Origin: Macrostomum lignano
Lineage: Eukaryota
NCBI GenBank assembly: GCA_002269645.1
Contig: NIVC01000284.1
Location: 558,001-622,000 of the forward strand
Direction: 5' to 3'
DNA: 64,000 bases
Positions within the stretch are counted from its first letter, which is position 1. Every line of letters starts with the position of its first letter. Under the pieces are notes generated by a model. That model was not told the DNA's origin. It made no database searches and saw only the letters and a program-made list of their open reading frames with translations. The translations under genes and the position numbers were made by a program. Below, piece after piece: positions 1 to 12,898 of this stretch.

Positions 1-9
1 GCTCCGGCA

Positions 10-384
10 GTGGAGACAGAAGCCGAGGGAGAAGTTGGCACGACTCTGTGCGCGGAGACGGATGATCATCGGGTGCCGTGCTCCGTGGTTTCGACCGAGC
101 AACGACAGGAGCCACAGCAACCACTTCAGCAGCACTTAGACAAGCCGCAGAATCACAACCAGCAACCGGTCCATGAGGAAAGTCATCACATCCACCGCAG
201 CCGTGAGCAGCAAGCCAAGCAGGAGCAGATTTTGTCACCATCGGAGTCGCAGCAATCGTCTCGCTACGGCCGATTGAAGACGCCAGAAATTTGCAAGCGA
301 GACTTTCTATCCATGCTTCGGCAGAACATCTCGCACGGTAGGCTGCACCGACGTGCCAAAATGAAGCTGAACAGGCGGTCCTAG
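10..384 (+). CDS. Possible terminal coding exon, Gln/Glu/His-rich with basic C-terminus; function unknown
   Basis: GC-rich open frame from the window start to TAG at 382-384. No recognisable domain. Confidence 0.25.
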   Translation: METEAEGEVGTTLCAETDDHRVPCSVVSTEQRQEPQQPLQQHLDKPQNHNQQPVHEESHHIHRSREQQAKQEQILSPSESQQSSRYGRLKTPEICKRDFLSMLRQNISHGRLHRRAKMKLNRRS

Positions 385-1149
385 CTGACCAAGTTCCAAG
401 ATCCCAACACAAATATTTGCCAGCAAAATCAATTCCTCGATTGTCAATTGTCGCGCCTCCATTGGGACTGCAGCCTTGTTATAAAAACTCAAACTTGTGC
501 GCCAGCGTGAACTCTCCCTCCCACACACACCCAACCCCTTCAAAGTCTTCTCAGCAGAGTCGAATTTGTAATGCTGTCCGTATCCGTACCGCGCTCTCAA
601 CCAATTGAGTGTTTATTTGCGTAATTGTAATCAATTCAGCACAAGCTCGTGCGCAAAACGCGAAGTTAACAACGCCAATACGCTGCATGCACATTCGGTT
701 GTGTTTAAAAAGTGCTTTTAACACACACGCACAATTTTTCGTAACTTATAAATGTGGTAAATCCATTCTTTTTGTTTCCTACTCCATCCCCGATTGGCAG
801 CTTAAACTGCAGTAACTGTCGAGTTTACAATGCCGCCTTTTTTAAACTGTTTCGCTTCTGGCCCTCCCGTACTCATGGTCTCTTCGCAGACTGTTTGGTA
901 ACCTGCTCTCCGAATTATTTCGCACGTCGTCTCAAAACTGTGACTGCACATTTACCTCGAAACCTACTAAACCGACTGCAATGTTTTTTCATTCATTTTT
1001 TTAATATATAAGACAAATTTCAGGTGTCCAGCAAATACCAGAATATTTTTTCTTGTAACCTCAAGACACAAAGCGTATGGTTATGTAAAATGCTTGGTAT
1101 ATTCTGTTGCTTTTGTGTTTCCGTGCTGACGAAGGCAAGGGCAGGGGGA

Positions 1150-1595
1150 TGTTAGACAAATGAACAAGGATGTTAGAATAACAACACGGATGTTAGACTA
1201 TAACAACGAGAGTGTTAGAAAAATTAAAGAAAGAAAATCAGACCAGAACAATGATGTTGGAAAAATTAAAAAGGATGTCAGACGAGAACAAGGATGTTGG
1301 ACAAATTAAAAGGGATGTCCAACCAGAACAAGGATGTTGGACAAATTAAAAGGGGTGTCCGACCAGAACAAGGATGTTGGACAAATGAAAGATGATGCCA
1401 GACCAGAACAAGGATGTTGGACAAATGAAAGATGATGCCAGACCAGAACAAGGATGTTGGACAAATGAAAGATGATGCCAGACCAGAACAAGGATGTTGG
1501 ACAAATGAAAGATGATGCCAGACCAGAACAAGGATGTTAGACAAATGAAAGACGATGTCAGGCCAGAACAAGGATTTATGACAAATGAACAAGGT
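1150..1595. repeat. Minisatellite, 40-bp unit
   Basis: Unit gaccagaacaaggatgttggacaaatgaaagatgatgcca repeats near-perfectly at about 1360-1560, with degenerate flanking copies. Confidence 0.9.
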
Positions 1596-1677
1596 TGTTA
1601 AAAGACGAGACTACATGTATGTTAGACCAATAAGCAGGGAAAGCTTAGCCGCGAGAAATGTTACACAAAGAACTCAC

Positions 1678-2002
1678 CTAACAGTTCGTTAATAAAGGTG
1701 CTCTTTCCCGAGTTGCTCTGACCAACAACTACTATGCAAGGCCGTTCGAGACTGTTCGCAGCAGACGAACTATTGAAGCCACCACCGCTTTTGAACAGCT
1801 GGTTAACCCGTTCTCGGACACCCTGCAAAGCCAAATTCTCTCGAATCTCGGCAACTAATTCCGGTGACAAAACTTTTACAAAGTCTTTGTCTAGCAGAGA
1901 CTCAGATTGGTCTAATAGTTTGTTTAATCTGTCACGATCGGCGTAGAATCGAGAGATCTCGAAGCTCAATGGTGACTCGTTCGAATCTTTAGACATGCTC
2001 AT
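1678..2002 (-). CDS. First coding exon of a dynamin-like/DSTYK-N-like P-loop GTPase
   Basis: MSMSKD...PCIVVVGQSNSGKSTFINELLG contains a beta-strand plus G1 Walker A (GxxxxGKS) in Dynamin_N-like context. Canonical donor TTAG|gtgagt at 1678/1677. Later exons not found in the window. Confidence 0.6.
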
Positions 2003-2632
2003 TTTTTTCCTTCTAAAAACTTTTTTCACTTTTTTGTCTCAGCTTTTACAGGTAGATATTTAATATAGACCGAGCACGCTTGAGCACATGGTCTTTATCG
2101 AGTTAGTTATCTTATCAAATTGTCATTTTCGTCGTTTAACTTTTATAGACATTGCGCTCTAGAAAGACTTAGCAAAAAAGAAGTTCAGTGATACGAGAAG
2201 TTGCTAAGACTAGCAACGACGCCCTCCACAGTAAAACTCCTGTTGATGTCATCGAAAGAACGGAAACTTAAAACTGCTTTTCCTAAAAATTTAAAACCAA
2301 GCTAAAAAAAGCTGTAATTGATTATTGTAAAAACTTGATTGCCACAATTAAAAAGCCTTATACTTAGCCATATGCTTTGCTAAAAAGGGTAATATTATTT
2401 TACTTAGGTAGATAAATAAAGCATACATATAGTAGCAACACTAAATCTACAAGATACTGTAGTACAAAAAGAAAACAAATACTAAAACTACAAAACAGCA
2501 GCATTTTATTAGCAATTGTCTGAGCTGTTACAAAACAACTAGTAATTTAGAAAACATTTAAGCAGACATGATTTTGAGCACACAGTGTTGTAAAGTACAG
2601 AATCTTGAAAGGTTATAAAGAGATTTTATCAA

Positions 2633-4021
2633 TTGGCGATTGTATAGATCTGAGCAGCTTCCTATCCAGATTGTGTATAGATCTGAGCAGCTTCCTATCC
2701 AGATTGTGTATAGATCTGAGCAGCTTCCTATCCAGATTGTGTATAGATCTGAGCAGCTTCCTATCCAGATTGTGTATAGATCTGAGCAGCTTCCTATCCA
2801 GATTGTGTATAGATCTGAGCAGCTTCCTATCCAGATTGTGTATAGATCTGAGCAGCTTCCTATCCAGATTGTGTATAGATCTGAGCAGTTTCCTATCCAG
2901 ATTGTGTATAGATCTGAGCAGTTTCCTATCCAGATTGTGTATAGATCTGAGCAGCTTCCTATCCAGATTGTGTATAGATCTGAGCAGTTTCCTATCCAGA
3001 TTGTGTATAGATCTGAGCAGTTTCCTATCCAGATTGTGTATAGATCTGAGCAGCTTCCTATCCAGATTGTGTATAGATCTGAGCAGTTTACTATCCAGAT
3101 TGTGTATCGATCTGAGCAGCTTCCTATCCAGATTGTGTATAGATCTGAGCAGCTTCCTATCCAGATTGTGTATAGATCTGAGCAGTTTCCTATCCAGATT
3201 GTGTATAGATCTGAGCAGCTTCCTATCCAGATTGTGTATAGATCTGAGCAGTTTACTATCCAGATTGTGTATAGATCTGATCCAGATTGTGTATAGATCT
3301 GAGCAGTTTACTATCCAGATTGTGTATAGATCTGATCCAGATTGTGTATAGATCTGAGCAGTTTACTATCCAGATTGTGTATAGATCTGAGCAGTCTCCT
3401 ATCCAGATTGTGTATAGATCTGAGCAGTTTCCTATCCAGATTGTGTATAGATCTGAGCAGTTTCCTATCCAGATTGTGTATAGATCTGAGCAGCTTCCTA
3501 TCCAGATTGTGTATAGATCTGAGCAGTTTCCTATCCAGATTGTGTATAGATCTGAGCAGTTTCCTATCCAGATTGTGTATAGATCTGAGCAGTTTCCTAT
3601 CCAGATTGTGTATAGATCTGAGCAGTTTCCTATCCAGATTGTGTATAGATCTGATCCAGATTGTGTATAGATCTGAGCAGTCTCCTATCCAGATTGTGTA
3701 TAGATCTGAGCAGTTTCCTATCCAGATTGTGTATAGATCTGAGCAGCTTCCTATCCAGATTGTGTATAGATTTGAGCAGTTTCCTATCCAGATTGTGTAT
3801 AGATCTGAGCAGTTTCCTATCCAGATTGTGTATAGATCTGATCCAGATTGTGTATAGATCTGAGCAGTTTCCTATCCAGATTGTGTATAGATCTGAGCAG
3901 TTTCCTATCCAGATTGTGTATAGATTTGAGCAGTCTCCTATCCAGATTGTGTATAGATCTGAGCAGTTTACTATCCAGATTGTGTATAGATCTGAGCAGC
4001 TTCCTATCCAGATTGTGTATA
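2633..4021. repeat. Minisatellite, 33-bp unit, about 42 copies with occasional 22-bp short units
   Basis: ttgtgtatagatctgagcag(c/t)ttcctatccaga tandem array. It explains the IQIVYRSEQLP and LCIDLSSFLSR ORFs. Confidence 0.97.
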
Positions 4022-4484
4022 GAATATACACAACTGGTAGCATTAAATCATAAAAAGTTTGAAAAGGCACACAAAAGCTAACGGTAAGCATAAGATAGCA
4101 GTGACTAGATTGCCTTGAAAAGAAAAAAATTAGACATGAAAATTTAAAATATTAAAAATGGTTATTAGCAGGTGTGAATAAAAATTTTAGCAACAAAATT
4201 CTTCGCATAATACTGTTTTGAGCAGTGAAATTGAAGCATTCTCGCAAAAAACGACAATAAATAGCTGAGCATGCAAAATAAATAATCAGACGATTTAATT
4301 TTTCAAAAATGTTTTAAAAAGCTTTAAACAAAAAACATATATAAAAGTTTGACAAATTTTCTTTGTTTAGCATGCTTTGAGTGTAAATTATATTTAACAA
4401 TCACATTTGAATCAACTATTGACTAGAAACAATAAATAGACAATTGTAAATATAGAATTTGAAAGGCCCGCTATTGAAATTACT

Positions 4485-5222
4485 GAAGAGTGACTTTCTG
4501 AAGTATTTGAGTAACGTTTTGTAGGATTTGAGAGTGAATTTCTGTAGGGTTAGAGTGACTTTCTGTAGGGTTTGAGAGTGACTTTCTGTAAGGTTTGAGA
4601 GTGACTTTCTGTAGGGTTTGAGAGTGACTTTCTGTATGGTTTGAGAGTGACTTTCTAGGGTTTGAGAGTGACTTTCTGTAGGGTTTAAGAGTGACTTTCT
4701 GTAGGGTTTGAAAGTGACTTTCTAGGGTTTAAAAGTGACTTTCTATAGGGTTTGAAAGTGACTTTCTAGGGTTTGAGAGTGACTTTCTGTAGGGTTTGAG
4801 AGTGACTTTCTGTAGGGTTTGAGAGTGACTTTCTGTAGGGTTAGAGAGTAACTTTCTGTAGGGTTTGAAAGTGACTTTCTGTAGGGTTAGAGAGTAACTT
4901 TCTGTAGGGTTTGAGAGTGACTTTCTGTAGGGTTAGAGAGTAACTTTCTGTAGGGTTTGAGAGTGACTTTCTAGGGTTTGAGAGTGACTTTCTAAAGAAC
5001 TCCGGAGTGAATTTCTGTAGGGTTTGAGAGTTACTTTCTATAGGGTTTGAGTGACTTTCTGAAAGACTCAAGAGTGAATTTCTGTAGGGTTTGAGAGTGA
5101 CTTTTTAGGGTTTGAGAGTGACTTTCTATAGGGTTTGAGTGACTTTCTGAAAGACTCGAGAGTGACTTTCTGTAGGGTTTGAGAGTGACTTTCTGTAGGG
5201 TTTGAGAGCTACTTTCTGTAGA
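4485..5222. repeat. Minisatellite, about 23-bp unit containing telomere-like TAGGGTT
   Basis: Consensus gagtgactttctgtagggtttga. Confidence 0.92.
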
Positions 5223-5372
5223 ATTTGAAGGGATTAGAGAACTGTTTGTTATAAAAAAGCAAAGCATTTTCGACCTAATTCAATTAATAAGGAAGTTATC
5301 GTTCGTTCCATTGATCGATTAGAGAAAATAAACAGAACACAAAACTCCTAGTGCACAAAAAGAACCCAGACA

Positions 5373-8300
5373 TCAGAGCAGTCGCAAATTTGTTACCAGC
5401 ATCGAATTAAAATCGGTTAGACGTTGATAATCTCCCGGCTCGCTAGCTTGTCCGAAATATTCGCTAAATGATTTTGCATCTCCGGCAGCTGCAGGTTCAC
5501 ATTCCGGTCTAGGCTCGCTCAGCCGATGAGAAGGTCGGTGCTGCTGTTTCTGCTGTTGCACAGTCGGGGGCGGCTGCAGCAGCAGCGGACAAGGAAGCAG
5601 TTCAGGTATAACTGACAGGTGACAGATTAGTGAGTGCAGATTCGGCCACTCTTTGGATAGACCTTTGAGCTTGACGCCTCTGGCTGTGCACTGGATCAGG
5701 TAGTGAGACAGTGCCTGCTGCTTCTGATGAGGCACGCACACCTGGTGGTTGAAGGGTTGCAGGGTGTTCAAGGTGAATTTCTTTCAAAGCAGTGGTTTGT
5801 TTGCATTTGCATTTCTTTGGGTACAATATTAGTCACATCGATTTTCTATTGAGTGACAAGGGCGATTTTCTGGGAGTGACTGGGGCGATTTTCTGTGAGT
5901 GACTGGGGCGATTTTCCGGGAGTGACTGGGGCGATTTTCTGTGAGTGACAGGGGCGATTTTCTGTGAGTGACTGGGGCGATTTTCTGGGATTGACAAGGG
6001 CGATTTTCTGTGAGTGACAGGGGCGATTTTCTGTGAGTGACAGGGGCGATTTTCTGTGAGTGACTGGGGCGATTTTCTGGGATTGACAAGGGCGATTTTC
6101 TAGGAGTGACAGGGGCGATTTTCTGAGAGTGACAGACGCGATTTTCTGTTTGTGTGACAGGGGCGATTTTCTGGGAGTGACAGACGCGATTTTCTAGGAG
6201 TGACTGGGCGATTTTCTAGGAGTGACAGGGGCGATTTTCTGGGGGTGACTGGGGCGATCTTTTAAGAGTGAAAGGGCGATTTTCTGCTGAGTGACAGGGG
6301 TGATTTTCTCGGAGTGACAAGGGCGATTTTCCGAGAGTGACAGGGCGATTTTTTTGGGAGTGACAGGGGCGATTTTCTGTGAGTGACAGGGGCGATTTTC
6401 TGTGAGTGACTGGGGCGATTTTCTGGGATTGACAGGGGCGATTTTCTAGGAGTGACAAGGGCGATTTTCCGAGAGTGACAAGGGCGATTTTCCGAGAGTG
6501 ACAGGGCGATTTTTTGGGAGTGACAGGGGCGATTTTCTGGGAGTGACAGGGGCGATTCTCTGTGAGTGACTGGGGCGATTTTCTGGGATTGACAGGGGTG
6601 ATTTTCTCGGAGTGACAAGGGCGATTTTCCGAGAGTGACAGGGCGATTTTTTTGGGAGTGAAAGGGGCGATTTTCTGTGAGTGACAGGGGCGATTTTCTG
6701 TGAGTGACTGGGGCGATTTTCTGGGATTGACAGGGGCGATTTTCTATGGGGTGACAGGGGTGATTTTCTAGGAGTGACTGGGCGATTTTCTAGGAGTGAC
6801 AGGGGCGATTTTCTGGGGGTGACAGGGGTGATTTTCTAGGAGTGACGGCGATTTTCTAGGAGTGACGGGCGATTTTCTGGGGGTGACAGGGGCGATCTTC
6901 TAAGAGTGACAGGGCAATTTTCTGTTGAGTGACAGGGGTGATTTTCTGGGAGTGACAGAGGCGATTTTCCGAGAGTGACAGGGGCGATTTTCTGTTTTTG
7001 TGACAGGGAGGATTTTCTGTTGAGTGACAGGGGCGATTTTCTGTTTGTGTGACAGGGGCGATTTTCTGTTTGTGTGACAGGGGCGATTTTCCGGGAGTGA
7101 CAGGGGCGATTTTCTGTGAGTGACAGGGCGATTTTCTAGGAATGGCAGGGGCGATTTTCTGCGAGTGAAATGCAAAATTCCCTAGTGATAGAGGGAGCGA
7201 TTTTCAGTGCGCGATGAGGAATGAATCTCGTAGGGCCGAGTAAAGTCAATCTAATAGAGTTGATCGAAGAGTGAATATCAAAGGTAAATTAAAACTAGCA
7301 AAGTACAAATAACTTGTAATACGAACCGAAAGTGCGTAGCAGTTCGGGTGACTGGCACTGTTGCGCACTAAGAAGCTTCCCACTGGTCTGCCAGCCAACA
7401 GCTTATAAGCCGCCTCCCTTGGCAACTCGGGTTGATACCACCACCAGCTCTGGCCGCTGCCGCTGTCCGATTCCATCTCATCGCTTAGGCTCTGAGGCTC
7501 GGCTTGTCGCTGATCTACCGTTTCAGCCTTCGGGATGGCATCTGGAGGCAGTGGCGGCGGCGGTGGCACCTCGAACTCGCAAGGTCGGCACTGAAGACTG
7601 TCGTAGTTGCATTGGTGAGACATCAGGGGGTGGGAGTTATGGTTCAGGTGCAGTTGACAGGCTGGGCCAGCAACTGATGGTCTGGGAGTCTGGCCCAGCA
7701 ACTGAGGATCTGGGAGGCTGGGTCCAGCAACTGAGGATCTGGGAGGCTGGGCCCAGCAGCTGAGGATTTGGGAGGCTGGCCCAGCAACTGAGGATTTGGG
7801 AGGCTGGCCCAGAAACTGATGGTCTGGGAGTCTTGCTCAGCAGCTGAGGATTTGGGAGGCTGGCCCAGCAACTGAGGATCTGGGAGTCTGGCCCAGCAAA
7901 TGAGGATGAAGGAGGTTGGTGGCCCAGCAACTTGGGATCCGGGAGGCTGGCCCAGAAACTGATGGTCTGGGAGTCTGGCCTAGAAACTGAGGATCCGGGA
8001 GAGTGGCCCAGTAACTGAGGATCTGGGAGTCTGGCTCAACAACTGAGGATCTGGGAGAGTGGCCCAGTAACTGAGGATATGGGAGTCTGGCTCAGCAACT
8101 GAGGATCTGGGAGGTTGGTGGCCCAGCAACTTGGGATCCGGGAGGCTGGCCCAGAAACTGAGGATCCGGGAGAGTGGCCCAGTAACTGAGGATCTGGGAG
8201 TCTGGCTCAACAACTGAGGAAGTGAGAGTCTGGCTCAGCAGCTGAGGATCTGGGACGCTGGCTCAGCAACTGAGGATCTGGGAGGCTGGTGGCCCAGCAA

Positions 8301-10194
8301 CTGGATGATCTGAGAGGCTGGTGGCCCAGCAACTGGATGATCTGAGAGGCTGGTGGACCAGCAACTGAGGATCTGAGAGGCTGGTGGCCCAGCAACTGAT
8401 GATCTGAGAGGCTGGTGGCCCAGCAACTGGATGATCTGAGAGGCTGGTGGACCAGCAACTGAGGATCTGAGAGGCTGGTGGCCCAGCAACTGATGATCTG
8501 GGAGGCTGGTGGACCAGCAACTGAGGATCTGGGAGGCTGGTGGCCCAGCAACTGGATGATCTGGGAGTCTGGCTCAGCCTATAAAGCAAAGAAAAATCAA
8601 CAGACAGCAGTTGCTACCGAGTTGGCAGTGGCGGAGGCTGCTGCTGCTGAGCGCTGTGCACCGATCTGCCAGCTACAGGACTGGCAACATAGCTGTTGCT
8701 GCTGACCTGCCCGCCGCCGATAGACCTTGGCGCGGGAATCGGCTTGGGCTTGACAACGTACTGCGAAGGCTGCTCAATGCTCTGCTGCTGTTGCTGCTTT
8801 TGCAAATGCTTCTGCTTTTGGCGATGCGGCTTTCTTGCAGCTGAAAAATGAATGATGAAGTCCAGCAGAAGTCCGACAACCTGACAACCATAATTTCTTA
8901 TTCTTCAGACACCAATCAGAAAATCAATAGGACATTATGTACTTTTATCCTGGCACAGGGCCGTAGCTCAGCGGCCCAGGCTCGATTCCAAGTGCTGTCA
9001 GATTAATTTGTAGCTCAACTGGAATCTCGGCTTGGCTCTGCTCGTGCTTTAAAAAGCCACTGAAAGCCAACCCCCTAAGGCACAGTGAAGTGTACATGAC
9101 TAACGATAAATAAAGTTAAGGCCGCTGTACACTCCTGTGTGAGTGTGTGCCTGTGCGTATGACTGCGTACGCATCCGCGCGCTTGTGTGCCTGCTCAGGG
9201 GAATCGGCGGAATGGGCAGTAATGCCTCTCACCGGTTGTGTGTCAATGTCGCTTAAAGTGCGCCAGGTGCACACAGGCCCTTTACATCTAATAAACATGT
9301 ACTTTTATTTATTAAGACACTTGCACTTTTATTGATGATACCCAATAAAAGAACCTTAATAGGACACAGTGTACTGGAAACGTATGCACTTTAACTGACA
9401 CAATGTTTCAGAACCATGTACTCTTAGTTAAAAACCGATCAGACTCTCTAATACTCATATACTTTAAGTCACCAAGCATCCCAGGCACTAGATAGAACAC
9501 TGTGTACTTTATTCAGGCACCAATCTAATACACTTAATCGAACACTATGCACTTTTATTCGAGAAACAAAGGAAATACACCTAATATGAGAAGCATGTAC
9601 AGTTATTAAGACGAAAATCGGATATCCGACCAAACACAATATGTACTTTAACTTATACAAAAATCTAGGACACAATGTACTTTTTAAGCATAACCCAACG
9701 CTTTTGAGTTTACCTTCAGCCGCAGACTCAGACTTAAACTTCTCTTTTTCAGCCACCAGCAGAGCGTGTTCAAAGCAGGCCCCAATTAGACTACTCAGTT
9801 CACGAGCAGCTCGAGGCGACTCAGTGGCGAACACTCGACACAGGGCAGGCGTGGACCGGCCACCCCCGGCCGCCTCTCTGGCCGAGAAGGCAAACAAAGA
9901 CCGATCCGGATCGCAGCTGGCCATCGAGATTCGTCTCAGTGGGTGCGTGGATAGCAACTGATCCGCACTGGTACTCAGATTTGATGTCGAATAAATACCG
10001 ATTCCTAAATATGATATTCTTAGCTGAACTGGTTGTCCATCAGAAGCGGCTGGTAGGCTGGTAGGCAGCTGAACTGAACTGCCTGTAGTAACAGGAAATG
10101 TTGCCACGTGTCTAACATAGCGAACAGAATCTGCAGTGCGAAGCTGTTGCTGTTCACAGCTGTCAGGTATCAAACAGTCTCGATTGCGGCGCAT
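5373..10194 (-). CDS. PTB + SH2 adaptor protein (SH2D5-like; SH2 resembles tensin/EGFRAP type), 4 exons, about 475 aa
   Basis: Exon model 10194-9714, 8840-8618, 7681-7327, 5741-5373 keeps frame (1428 nt). PTB: HVATFPV...HPLRRISMASCDPDRSLFAFSARE...LCRVFAT. SH2: WYQPELPREAAYKLLAGRPVGSFLVRNS...YALS|VCVP...HYLIQ...EWPNLHSLICHL...LLPCPL. The exon 2 donor and exon 3 acceptor are the least certain boundaries. Confidence 0.8.
5848..7175. repeat. Intronic minisatellite, about 23-bp unit
   Basis: Consensus gagtgacaggggcgattttctgt; fills most of intron 3 of the PTB-SH2 gene. Confidence 0.93.
7660..8578. repeat. Intronic G-rich minisatellite, about 28-31-bp unit
   Basis: tgggaggctg(gt)gcccagcaactgaggatc array filling intron 2 of the PTB-SH2 gene. 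Confidence 0.92.
8958..9285 (+). mobile_element. tRNA-derived SINE, family 2, copy 1
   Basis: A-box-like TAGCTCAGCGG and B-box-like GGCTCGATTCC. Body aligns by eye with the reverse complement of 52590-52860 (gccaacccc..aaggcaca, ctgtacactc.tgtgtgag, gcggaa.gggcag). Confidence 0.6.
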
Positions 10195-10989
10195 TGTTTT
10201 TTAATAGTTTCTGGAATATTTTAGTTGAAAGTTGCATTTTTATTGTCTGCAGATAACTAGGGACATAAGTGCAATGCTATCAAGTCACTAACTAGTGTTG
10301 TGTAGTTTCTAACAACAGAAAATTAGAAATTGGAAAGTTTACTATATTTCTATTATCATTAGAGCAAGATGCAATTAAAAGCAAGGTCTTGTCAAGCATT
10401 AGGGTTACAGAAATCATAGTTTATTACTAGGCATATGGTTGTATTGGCTAGTAGCTGATAAAACTAAAAAAAACAGAATAACATTGGATGTTAATGTTAA
10501 TGTCTGATATTAATTTAGGCAATCTAAATACCCCATTCTAGATGTCTATTCATTCTATAGTTCTTCACAAGAAGCCTATAATTACCCAACAATTTTCATA
10601 TCTATAAAAAATAATTATTGAAAACAATAAGCTTAGAACCACTTAGAACACCTTTTACTTTATGTCTACTATACCAGAAATGGAAGACCATCTTGTACAT
10701 AAATGTGCAATACCTAGCCAAGCTGTTCAATCTGGCTGGCTAGCAATAGGCCTAGACAAGACAAGTCACAAAACTGCCTACTCCAAAATTATAGACATGT
10801 TGCTAACTAGATGATGGGACATTTAGCCCAAATAATATAGTCATTGATACTATTGCCATTTATTTTTGCATACATAAGAATATAAGATACATTGATACTA
10901 TCATAAAAATGTACATGTAGTTACTTCAGTACTGTTTATACATCAGCAGAGAAACATGTGTGTATAGTGCATGTTTGCATAATTTTTCT

Positions 10990-12334
10990 TTTCTCACTTT
11001 TCTCCCACAGATTGTGTCCCAGACTTCACCTGCCAACCTGGCATTTATAGATCTTGACAAGGAGACATTGCTGGCTGCTTCCATTGACATCGGATTTGTT
11101 GCGATGAAGGAGCTTGCAAAACTGTGTGCTGAAAATGTTGTCAGTCAAACCTCTAAGCTCTAGTTTCTGACTGAATGCAAAAAGTTCTACATCACACTTA
11201 TGAGAAAACTATTTTCTAAAAGTCACTGCTCCGTTATGACATCATCAGAGGGGCCAGCTCTCTATCACCTTTTTTGATTTTCAACAACCCCAACATTGTT
11301 GTGTGGCACTTTTGAATTTTGCTTCTCCAGCTTTTAGAAGCACACTGGCTGACTTCTGATGAAGCCAAGGCTGCCCAACGAGCTTTCAGCTTGTTTTTTT
11401 TGAATTGCCAGATGTAAAGAGCAAGATGGCTACCTTTACATCCAACAAAAGGCTTGACCTGTTTTACAGCAACATCTTTCAATATGACAGGGGTCTTTCT
11501 TAGCCTGCTGAGATGCAGCAAGAGGCTCGTGCTTCCATTTGGAAAGTTGTGTCTCTAGTGCTGATTATGTTGCATGGAAACATGTCTATTGAGAGCGGCT
11601 TCTCTCTCAACAAGAATCTTGTTCCCAATCTAATTGAGGAGTCCTTAGTTGCCCTGCGCTTGGTCTAGGACTCTATCATTGCCACAGGCAGAATTGATGG
11701 CAGTGAAATCAGCAAGTTAATGCTCTCTAATGTCTGTATGGCCTGCTAGAAATATCGTGACGACTAGAAAAAATAAATGGAAATGAGAAGTGGGAGAAGA
11801 TGGCGAGCCAGGCTTCAAAGAAAAGTGCTGCACTTCAAATAAGTGACTTGGAAGTCACTTGAGGCAGAGACAGGCCCTTGCAGAGGAGGAAGCTGCTACT
11901 GCTTCTCAGATTGCTGAACTAAAGAAAGACTTTGATTTTGTTGAAAGACTTGAGTTTTGAACTTGTGCTTTAATGCGCTGCATCAACAATTTGTTTAGTA
12001 CTATTATTAGTTATGTTTTTGTAGTATTTAGTAGCATTTAGTAGTATTTAGTAGTGTAATATTTATTAGTTACCTAACTATTTTTGTAGTACTAATTTTA
12101 GGAAAATTTTAGATGGAAACAGCCATACCCCTAAGTCAGTCAGCCAATAATTAATCAATTAGTACATTAGGACTTATACTCAGACTTACTGGCTTCAGAA
12201 TTTGTTCCATCAGGGAAGTTATACATGTTAAGTAATGTTAACACATTTTATAAGCAAAAATAAAGGCATCTTAAAAAGGCTGGAAAACCTGGAAAAACCT
12301 GGAATTAGACTTTGAAATTTGCGTGGACACCCTA
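10990..12334 (+). mobile_element. Degenerate hAT-like DNA transposon relic (transposase C-terminus plus right end)
   Basis: LHGNMSIESGFSLNKNLVPNLIEESLVALRLV*DSI at about 11570-11675 matches the HGNAxVERGFS dimerisation-type motif. Terminal ...ggacacccta at 12325-12334 follows ggaaaacct subterminal repeats. Multiple TAG stops. Confidence 0.65.
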
Positions 12335-12898
12335 ACTATAAATAAGGATAAAAAATGACCACTTGATTGCCTTTGTAAGATTATATTGCATCTTTTTTAT
12401 AAAGATTATGTGGCAAGTGGGTTGCCATTTGTTTATTTTCATTTTATCTTTTAATATTTTATTTTGCGTATGAATTTGTGTGCCCCAATTGGGACTTTTT
12501 TGCATTCCCTATTTTTGTTATTCTCTCAGTTGGCTCAATGACTAACCCAGTGGTGGCACTCATTTTTTCTAGCTATTGCATCTGTTTAGCCCATCTTTAG
12601 TTTTATCAATTTTTAAACTTCTTTTCATGTAATTCTGGGTTCGTCCAACCGCCTGTCAACTCCTTGCTTTGTGTTGGTCCAAATGATGCCCCACATGTTG
12701 GAAACCATTTCTACTTTTGCTTAAATACTTCACCCCACTGATAAGTTGTCAACCACCTTTTCCACCCTTTCACACTCTCCTTCTCCTCCTTTTCATGCTC
12801 ACCTTCTCTTCATGCTTACATTTTAACTTCCTTTCTCTCACATTAATTTGTCCATTTATTCAGTTTCTGCGACCCATTTAATTTAGCCTGAATATACT

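Noticed and set aside
2605-4091. Long ORFs (IQIVYRSEQLP)n and (LCIDLSSFLSR)n
   Set aside because: By-product of a stop-free 33-bp unit. The frame is broken by 22-bp units, and there are no splice or start signals.
4485-5222. Interstitial telomere array
   Set aside because: TAGGGTT occurs once per 23-bp unit, not as tandem TTAGGG.
1150-8578. CRISPR-like appearance of regular repeats
   Set aside because: Units are head-to-tail with no unique spacers, there are no cas genes, and the context is eukaryotic.
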